Positions 16,101 through 21,372 of a DNA stretch of 21,372 nucleotides are shown piece by piece. Below the pieces are notes generated by a model that worked only from the letters and a program-made list of their open reading frames with translations, was not told the origin of the DNA and ran no database searches. Every line of letters begins with the position of its first letter. Positions within the stretch are counted from its first letter, which is position 1. The position numbers and the translations under genes are program-made. Location: the NCBI GenBank assembly GCA_002409975.1, contig DHOO01000095.1:1-21372 (forward strand). Direction: 5' to 3'. The DNA is from Firmicutes bacterium UBA5388 (GTDB lineage: Bacteria; Bacillota; UBA4882; UBA10575).

Positions 16101-17886
16101 CCAGTTCTGCATCTCCAGCTAGGTTGGAGAGCGGTCCGCTCAATTCCAAGTTCAGATCCGCAGAACCCGTAAGCCGGGGAATCTTCTTGTTTATTAATAG
16201 CTTTTCCGAAATTGGCGCAAGATTAACCGCCTCTGCCTTGGCCTCGACATTAATCACCGGAGTACTGGTTAAGTTGATAATCTCTCCGAAAGCGCTCGCT
16301 TTTCCACCAAAAGCGCCCACTTCCAACTGGTTAACATTAAGGTAATCAGTTTTCCACCGATAGTCTCCAGCTACTTTTAAGTTCTTAAAAGTTTCCCCCT
16401 TCCACGTTAGCTTCTTAGTAGATAATTCACCGCTCAGCGCTGGAGCTGACAACCGGCCCGTAATATGAAAGGCGCCATCTACCGGTTGACTAGTAACTGG
16501 AATCCTCTGGGAGAAAACGCGATCCGGTTGAAAATGTTTAACCGCCAAATTAAGGTTTAATTTAGGATCCTTAAAGCCTGAAATAGTACCCTTAATAAAG
16601 AAAGGGGCTTCCTCCATCCGTCCCTCAAGATAAGAAAAGTTAAGGTCTTCTCCAGAGATCTTCGCTAAAACGCGAAGCGCTTTCAAAGGCGCTTTTAACC
16701 CGGGGATGGTTAAGCTTCCCCCATCCATTCTAATTTCTCCTTGAAGATGAGGTTTACTTATTTTTCCTTTTATTTTCAGGTTTAAATCAACTGCTCCCGA
16801 GAGTTCTCCTATTTCTAACTCCGGAAGCAGGCTTGTCCAATCTGCTAACTGTAACGAGGTAGCATACAGATTCAAGTCCAAGGTAGAAGAGACCGTTAGT
16901 AACCTCCCATTTAGACTGACCTGCCCCTGGTTATATTGGGTTTTTAATCTTCGAACCTCAATTCCGGTTGAAGAAATTGTCAGATCGGCATTAAAGTTTT
17001 CCACAGGATATGGTAAGCGTGCTACCTTCCAACGGGAGTCAGTAAATACCAGCTTGGTATAATCGAGCTTTAAACCGTCCGGTTGAATGATAAAAGATAG
17101 ATCGGAACGAAGCTTCCCTTCTTCAACTTTAAATTCATCGGCATAACCCAATAATTTAAAAACCTTTTCTCCCCAGAAAGCAGCAGAAGTATCAGTGGCG
17201 TTAATCTGCAACTGCCCGCTGCGCTTCACCAGAGAATATTGGAACTCCACTTGAGCCGAAGCTCCCGGATCAAGCTGACTATCAGCTTTAGCTGTAGCCC
17301 GCAGCACCGGGTAACTACGAAGATCAATTACACCCTGGAGCCGACGAAAATCTCCCCAAGACCAATTCTCCTCCGTCATCTCCATATTTAGGTTACAGTT
17401 GTTAAGTCTGATGGTTATTCGTGGGATCTCCCCCTTGGTCTCACCCTCAGTCTCTGGAAAAAGCGAAAGCACTTCCATCTTCCCAGCTCCATCTTTTCTG
17501 ATCCAGACCGAGGAATTGGTAAGTTCAAGCTCTCGTAATGCCCCCACCAGTGAGTGGTGGGTTAACAGCTTAATCCAATCAACACCAATCCGGATTTTTT
17601 CCGCGCTTAGTAAGGGGTGTCCCTCTAGCGTCTGGAATTCGATATCCGTAAATTCAGGGGATAAAAAGGAGAGCCCAACTCTTTTAATCTTTACCTGCGC
17701 AGAGAGCGCTTGAGTTAGCTCTTTTTCTACCGTCTTCGCTAGTCGACTCGCCAATGGTGTAAAACGAATAATTTCGCCCGGTAGGAGAAGAAGACCAATG
17801 AATACGGAAAAAAATATGAGCAGAAGGAACTGGATTTTTCCCTTAATCAACTGCAAACCCTGTTCCCTCCTTACCTTATAATTCAT
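13117..17886 (-). CDS. tamB: TamB / AsmA-like translocation-and-assembly-module protein (1589 aa)
   Basis: An N-terminal TM anchor (FLLLIFFSVFIGLLLL) is followed by a very long beta-rich repetitive body. The C-terminal DUF490-type end LYLSYSRTLTSLAEQVWTLEWKLLPNISLLGDYSANEGLRWQLQYNLRF resembles the E. coli TamB C-terminus. An alternative TTG start at 17856 has a much better SD (AGGAGG 9 nt upstream) than the ATG at 17886. Confidence 0.85.
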   Translation of the reverse strand: MNYKVRREQGLQLIKGKIQFLLLIFFSVFIGLLLLPGEIIRFTPLASRLAKTVEKELTQALSAQVKIKRVGLSFLSPEFTDIEFQTLEGHPLLSAEKIRIGVDWIKLLTHHSLVGALRELELTNSSVWIRKDGAGKMEVLSLFPETEGETKGEIPRITIRLNNCNLNMEMTEENWSWGDFRRLQGVIDLRSYPVLRATAKADSQLDPGASAQVEFQYSLVKRSGQLQINATDTSAAFWGEKVFKLLGYADEFKVEEGKLRSDLSFIIQPDGLKLDYTKLVFTDSRWKVARLPYPVENFNADLTISSTGIEVRRLKTQYNQGQVSLNGRLLTVSSTLDLNLYATSLQLADWTSLLPELEIGELSGAVDLNLKIKGKISKPHLQGEIRMDGGSLTIPGLKAPLKALRVLAKISGEDLNFSYLEGRMEEAPFFIKGTISGFKDPKLNLNLAVKHFQPDRVFSQRIPVTSQPVDGAFHITGRLSAPALSGELSTKKLTWKGETFKNLKVAGDYRWKTDYLNVNQLEVGAFGGKASAFGEIINLTSTPVINVEAKAEAVNLAPISEKLLINKKIPRLTGSADLNLELSGPLSNLAGDAELEITEGTVNQFAYERLQLYLSGDHKQINSRIFLNENGGKLIAAGFVQPQTGDYQGDFLARKIKFDPRWAPGEGEALKGFINGSLRVEGNLKEREALTGDGWLEIHDLAYHDQELGVLKLRGQANAGQIQLSDSCLLTKAGQLTLSGEVGWQEKPYYDLVVNGDKILLADIMTLFPKKPEVDLEGLADLRLRVNGWEKPLLQGDVLIDDLILNGNYLEQGKVSFCWEDALLSLDDLSITSSTSRIRGRGSISRDGELDLQVESEKFPLESLEQLGARYLENPEILSKISGSLSGKGRLRGTLKTPLFEGYVSLFQPKIAGFNLDQVAGELCWKEKILFFDEMLINRAAEELTVYGKVDFTEAQPYLDLGFKMEEASISNLLVLAGRSPQVRIDGKVTGFLRMLGRWDQPLLRLIAQFKEGEINGFTPLSGELDLQIQNSNITVNRLIVDEAQGEFFVTGAYIPGSQLQISAKMREFPIAPLIGLTGREDLPREGRVDLQLELETTAEGMKGEFDALLKDTSWGGIKLSSLGLAGQLHDDLVLLAVEDLGANRLSIQGTLPLNQEWFGTFQLPTSWPHRNSQIDLGISAEKVEASALNALFSEPLISAGTIDGLISLNGNWKAPYLVGSLTIVGGKGKISSLPEEFRDVNGELHFSNKGLKIRGLKNKDDGYVEGRLGSGRFRLGGSIISNGLELKEFNLNLKGDNLHLAQPFLDGLVSGELALTGSVAQPVLRGQAVLKKARVGVPEATGGSLPFDLKMDLNLQAANDVYFRMYGMAYIPFTGRMHVGGSLSKPELTGEFNSSRGWVNFMGDTFRIKHLKAEFRPDYKLYPLLEMEASRYLAGTEVTLATQGWSGDFDSLVINPSSNPPMSREEILKLLNWPEKIDDVGVVTFSNMFQENINMVGDLFIGRFLDQFRSLVPIDFLTLEQDRQEGTFWMNMGKSLSEDLYLSYSRTLTSLAEQVWTLEWKLLPNISLLGDYSANEGLRWQLQYNLRF

Positions 17887-17993
17887 CTTAATTTTGTTGC
17901 CTCATATATTAAAACAGCTATTAGAGAGCAAAGATATGCAATCCTTTAAACGTCTAAATTCGATACTTTGTTCCTAAAAGTAATAAGTTCAGT

Positions 17994-19838
17994 TTAATCC
18001 ACCAACTTTTTTTCTAAACCTTCATCATCTCTTTCTGTTATCATATCTATCACTTCAATGAGGATTTGTTCTTCTCCTGTTAGGTAATAGGGGGTAGTTG
18101 CGGTCCAGTATTTTCTTTCTTTGCCGGATACTTTCTCTTCTTCAAAGCCGTCTTCCCCTTCTAATCCAAACTCTTCCCCCTGCTCGATTGGTAAAACTTC
18201 CGCCACTAACTGATTATTTTGCGGTTTTTCTAAATATGGTTTTAAGACCTCATCAAGACTGGAATAGGATTTGTAATAATCAGTTTCAAAGTTTTCCTCC
18301 TCAATTTTTTCCTGGTTTTTTTCTGTGGTAAAGCCATAATCACTGCCATAGACAAGCAAGAGCCATTTCCCTGGAGTAGAGGGGGCCTCGATCTCAAGTG
18401 GAACCTCAGTAGCTGAACCGCGATAAGGAAGTATTTTGCCCATAAGCGTAACTTTCTCTCCGGGCGCAAATTCATTTTTTGCTAATTCCACTGTGGTAAG
18501 TTTGGCGCTTAACCGCTCGGGTGTTACCTTTATTTGGGTAGAAATCTCGGTGATCTGAGGTTGGATAAATTCATTCTCCACAATCACCTGAAGAACTCGA
18601 CCCACTTCTTTCAAAGCAGCAGCGGCAATATCTCGTCCGTAAAAGAGGTTTTCCCTACTAACCGTTGGGATATTGTTACCGTTTATCTGAAATTGAATAG
18701 TGGCTGTTCCAGGACCAATCCGATCCAAGGCGCGATCAATAGCATCCATCAGTCCAGCTAACACTAACCCCGGGAGCAACGATTCATCATTAACAGCGGT
18801 AAATTCGTATTTATGAGTCCGAAACAGCGACTGATCATAGACCTCGGTTGAGACTTTCACCATCCGAGGCAAGATCCCAAGTTCGCCCGCAATTCCCGCC
18901 CCTCTATCCTGTAACACCCGGCCAAAGCTAGGCAAAGCAATCCCTAATTTAAAGGGAAAAACATTACTATCGATAATGTCAACGATCGATGCGCCACCAA
19001 TGCCATATTCAACCTGACCCTTGTTTAAAAAAGGATGACCTAAGCCAAGAAACTTATTATTATCAAGCCACGTCAGAGTACCAAGGGCAACTACTTGATA
19101 ATCGCCCTCCACTAAAGTGGCAGTGATCGCGCTGCCCGGTTTCAGCGATCCCGGCGCCACAGAAACCTTCTTCCCTTCAGAGACAGAGGCTAAAGGAAAC
19201 CAGGGTTGGGTTAGTCCCGGATAAATCCGACTTTTGTCAGATGTCGATGGCAAGAAAGTAGTGCCTTGAAAGGTAGAGGTTAAATAATCTCTAGCTCGGG
19301 GACTTAATCCCGAAATAAATAGTGGGGTTAATACTGGTTGCGCCCAGAGCCAGGAATCATCGGGGGATTCGGAGTCAAAAGCCACCCCCTTAAACCCTGG
19401 GAGACCGCCTTGCTGAAAACTGAACTTCTCTTCCGCTCTTACCGTTTCATTCCATAAGGTGAGCATTTCTTCAATGGGTGTTACCATCGCATAGCGCGAA
19501 TCGGCATTCTGAAAACCATAGCCAATAGCGCCTACCAACTTTTTATTAATATAAATAGGGCTGCCACTCATTCCTGCAGCTATACCCCTTGCTTTGCTCC
19601 CGGTAATTTTAATTAAGATCAAATGGGAGACCGAGCCGGTCCCCTCAAGTAAACCAACGACTTCTACCGGGAAAGCTTCTACTCTCGTTCCGGAAAAAAC
19701 AGTATAGCCTTCACCCGTCATCCCTGGTTTTAAGTCGGAAAAAGCATAAAATTGATTGTTCGCGTAAACCGGTACCCCAGTAATGAGAAGGATTAATCCG
19801 ATTAGTATAGCCCGTCTCTTCTCCTGCAAAATCCTCAT
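17994..19838 (-). CDS. Secreted S55 (SpoIVB-type) serine-peptidase-family protein with atypical domain order and a ~280-aa C-terminal extension
   Basis: The signal peptide is [41 protein letters not shown] matches the SpoIVB Ser block [45 protein letters not shown] matches the SpoIVB His block [22 protein letters not shown]. I prefer the ATG at 19838 (AGGAG 9 nt upstream). The track uses the TTG at 19844. Confidence 0.7.
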   Translation of the reverse strand: [614 protein letters not shown]

Positions 19839-19884
19839 TAACAAACGCTCCTAATTCTTTTAACTTTCACCTATAGAGAATTGC

Positions 19885-19913
19885 ATAATTACCTTAAGCT
19901 TGTATTTGACCAA
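19885..19913 (-). promoter_or_regulatory. Candidate sigma-70-type promoter for the S55-tamB-bamA operon
   Basis: On the minus strand, TTGGTC (rc of 19908-19913) is followed by a 17-nt spacer and AATTAT (rc of 19885-19890), about 45 nt upstream of the ATG at 19838. Both hexamers match consensus at only 4 of 6 positions, so this is weak. Confidence 0.25.
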
Positions 19914-19925
19914 CCCAGAAAATGT

Positions 19926-19953
19926 ATCTCGCAGCTCGTCGCTGGTCGCTCGT
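19926..19953 (-). repeat. Phased heptanucleotide array, 4 units of NNCTCGT-like sequence (atctcgc agctcgt cgctggt cgctcgt on plus), upstream of the OM operon
   Basis: The unit, phase and orientation match the arrays at 1731-1765 and 1927-1947. The array forms a GC-rich island in an AT-rich spacer, 13-40 nt upstream of the candidate -35. Confidence 0.7.
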
Positions 19954-20404
19954 GGTGAAGACTGTGGTCAAATCTTAAATAAGTGAATTAGGCAATTCAT
20001 TCAACATAAAACAATATATTAAGACAAAAAAAAGATATAACCTATATTCCGTTTATATTCGTTTTAAACATGTTAATCTCCTGCAATAGATCTCCGGTAA
20101 AACTGGAAGATCTCGTAAACACATTTTATTAAAATTTAACACTTGCCTAATTGCCTTAGCATCCATTTGAGGGAATTCCTTAAACCTAAAAAGGAAAGAA
20201 TATAAATTAGTCGAAATTATAAATAGATGATGTTGATCGACAAGTATCAAGTCGTTCCCGCTTGCTACCTTTCACATCACAAAGTGATTAAACAAACGCC
20301 TCGACAACCCTTCAGGTGGCCGTTCACACTGGGCGCCGTCAATACATGCCCAATGATGTAAATCAAAGCCGGTAAATCAACCGTAGCATATGGAGGACTA
20401 GCTG

Positions 20405-21160
20405 ATGATGATGCAAAAGCAAATGCCATCCCGTTTTAGCCGCACCGAGCGCTTAATTGGTCCTAGCGGCCTTTCAGCGCTTCATCGAGCCCGCGTCGCC
20501 ATCGTTGGCCTCGGTGGCGTAGGTTCTTACGTAGTTGAAGCCCTAGCCAGAGCAGGAATTGGGTGGTTAATCCTAATTGATTATGATGATATAGAACTTA
20601 CTAATACCAATCGGCAACTGCACGCTTTAGAAGAGAATTACGGTCGCTCCAAAGTGGATGTGATGGCTAAACGGGTAAAAGCCATTAACCCTGATTGTAT
20701 CACTGTCACCTGGAGGGAGTTTGTTAGAGAAGATAATCTTTCTCTGGTCTTACACGGTAATCTCTCCTATATTGTAGATGCGATTGACACCGTATCTTCG
20801 AAAATTGCTTTGATTCAGCATGCTTTAGAAAGAGAGGTTCCGATTATTTCAGCGATGGGCGCCGCAAATAAACTTGACCCTTTAGCCTTTAAAATTGAGG
20901 ATATTAGTAATACTCATACCTGTCCCTTAGCAAAAGCAGTGCGGAAAGGATTACGCGACCAAGGAATTTCGCAAGGAGTAAAAGTGGTCTTTTCTACAGA
21001 ACCTCCGGTTACAGTTATAAAAAAACCAACCTCTAATCATTCAGAATGCCACTGTCCTTTAAATAGACCCGTCCCAGGAACAATTTCATACATTCCGTCC
21101 ATTATGGGGTTAATAATTGCTGGAGAAGTGATCCGTGATCTGTTAAAGGAAAACAGATGA
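20405..21160 (+). CDS. tcdA: tRNA threonylcarbamoyladenosine dehydratase TcdA (ThiF/MoeB/HesA E1-like family)
   Basis: The Rossmann motif VAIVGLGGVGSYVVEALARAGIG is followed by LIDYDDIELTNTNRQLHAL, YIVDAIDTV, CPLAKAVRKGL and VVFSTE. All are colinear with E. coli TcdA/CsdL. GGAGGA lies 7 nt upstream of the ATG at 20405. Confidence 0.9.
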   Translation: MMMQKQMPSRFSRTERLIGPSGLSALHRARVAIVGLGGVGSYVVEALARAGIGWLILIDYDDIELTNTNRQLHALEENYGRSKVDVMAKRVKAINPDCITVTWREFVREDNLSLVLHGNLSYIVDAIDTVSSKIALIQHALEREVPIISAMGAANKLDPLAFKIEDISNTHTCPLAKAVRKGLRDQGISQGVKVVFSTEPPVTVIKKPTSNHSECHCPLNRPVPGTISYIPSIMGLIIAGEVIRDLLKENR

Positions 21161-21190
21161 AAAAAGAGGCCGTACTGGCCTCATTTTTCT
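21160..21190. terminator. Bidirectional rho-independent terminator shared by tcdA and the convergent downstream gene
   Basis: GAGGCC (21166-21171), loop gtact, then GGCCTC (21177-21182). An A-run lies on the left (21160-21165) and a T-run on the right (21184-21188). The minus-strand stop codon (21181-21183) overlaps the stem. Confidence 0.75.
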
Positions 21191-21372
21191 TGTTGTGACT
21201 TTGTCCAGAGCCGCTCCGCCGTTTCTCCCCACCGCTCAGCGATTTCCTTACATTTTTCCGTCAAGTCATCGACATCCTCCTTGTCAATCGGTTGGGTGGA
21301 ACAGGCGCAGGAATTATGGACCATCTCCTTTAAAGCATCAGGATTGTCTAGCAATGGACATGGTCGCAAATG
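21181..21372 (-). CDS. 3' end of a convergent gene that continues beyond the window; Cys-containing C-terminal fragment, family not assignable
   Basis: The frame is open to the window edge, so the track's initial M is an edge artefact (TTG). The fragment reads RPCPLLDNPDALKEMVHNSCACSTQPIDKEDVDDLTEKCKEIAERWGETAERLW and ends at the terminator. It loosely recalls C-termini of some Fe-S or radical-SAM enzymes, but I cannot support that from 62 residues. Confidence 0.55.
   Translation of the reverse strand, partial: HLRPCPLLDNPDALKEMVHNSCACSTQPIDKEDVDDLTEKCKEIAERWGETAERLWTKSQQEK

Noticed and set aside
1953-18761. There are many 60-150-aa ORFs antisense to the large genes. They are 2260-2478, 2669-2860, 2857-3306, 4092-4280, 5124-5369, 7091-7405, 8396-8587, 9930-10211, 10701-10883, 11149-11337, 11981-12169, 12451-12639, 14531-14713, 16124-16345, 17399-17713, 18098-18331 and 18534-18761. 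The same-strand out-of-frame ORF 1953-2141 belongs with them.
   Set aside because: All lie entirely within well-supported genes, either opposite-strand or out of frame. They have low-complexity or Phe/Leu/Ser-rich translations typical of shadow frames, lack SD sequences and carry no recognisable motifs.
17994-19844. The S55/SpoIVB-type peptidase might indicate that the organism sporulates.
   Set aside because: The protein lacks the SpoIVB layout (a PDZ domain followed by His-then-Ser order). It is embedded in an OM-biogenesis operon rather than a sporulation locus. No other sporulation gene is in the window.
20053-20250. A 65-aa minus-strand ORF in the long AT-rich spacer might be a small regulatory protein.
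   Set aside because: It has a TTG start with only a weak GGGAA upstream and no recognisable domain, helix-turn-helix or TM segment. An ORF of this length can arise by chance. It stays only as a note in the spacer finding.
439-21160. mtaB (ms2t6A) and tcdA (ct6A) both act on t6A37 and flank the OM cluster, which might suggest a functional link.
   Set aside because: They are ~18.6 kb apart, on opposite strands and in different transcription units. Coincidental placement of housekeeping genes is the simpler reading.
20227-21372. A small Cys-containing ORF, a ThiF-like E1 enzyme and a Cys-rich convergent fragment together might form a RiPP-type cluster.
   Set aside because: The ThiF-family protein matches TcdA/CsdL block for block (TNTNRQLHAL, YIVDAIDTV, VFSTE), so it is a housekeeping tRNA-modification enzyme. 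The small ORF has no SD. The convergent gene is separated by a terminator.
1-21372. I looked for CRISPR arrays, transposase or integrase genes, IS-type terminal inverted repeats, tRNA or rRNA genes, and defence-system genes.
   Set aside because: None was seen. There are no spaced direct repeats of 25-40 nt, no recombinase-like ORFs, and no tRNA-like T-loop or acceptor patterns in the intergenic gaps.

Overview
The window is almost entirely one minus-strand array of outer-membrane (OM) and LPS biogenesis genes. In transcription order it reads: secreted S55 (SpoIVB-type) peptidase-like protein, TamB (1589 aa), BamA, two Skp/OmpH chaperones, an orphan membrane-anchored coiled-coil protein, LpxD, a 252-nt structured gap, one LptF/G-family permease, LptD, LptC-like and LptA-like. 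Housekeeping genes common in Firmicutes follow: a YhaM-type OB+HD exoribonuclease, MtaB, and a HIT protein cut by the window edge. At the right end, across a 560-nt AT-rich divergent spacer, lie plus-strand tcdA, a bidirectional terminator, and the 3' end of a convergent gene. I saw no rRNA, tRNA, CRISPR array or mobile element. The gene content fits a diderm (LPS-OM) lineage with Firmicute-like neighbours such as Negativicutes or Halanaerobiales, but taxonomy cannot be settled from this window. Items worth a second look: (1) three arrays of a phased 7-nt repeat (ACGAGNN on the transcribed strand) at the mtaB 5' end, across the yhaM stop codon, and upstream of the OM operon; (2) an S55 peptidase whose Ser-motif lobe precedes its His-motif lobe, the reverse of SpoIVB; (3) an uncharacterised coiled-coil gene between skp and lpxD; (4) the two long non-coding gaps. 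All family calls come from reading motifs by eye. No database search was run.
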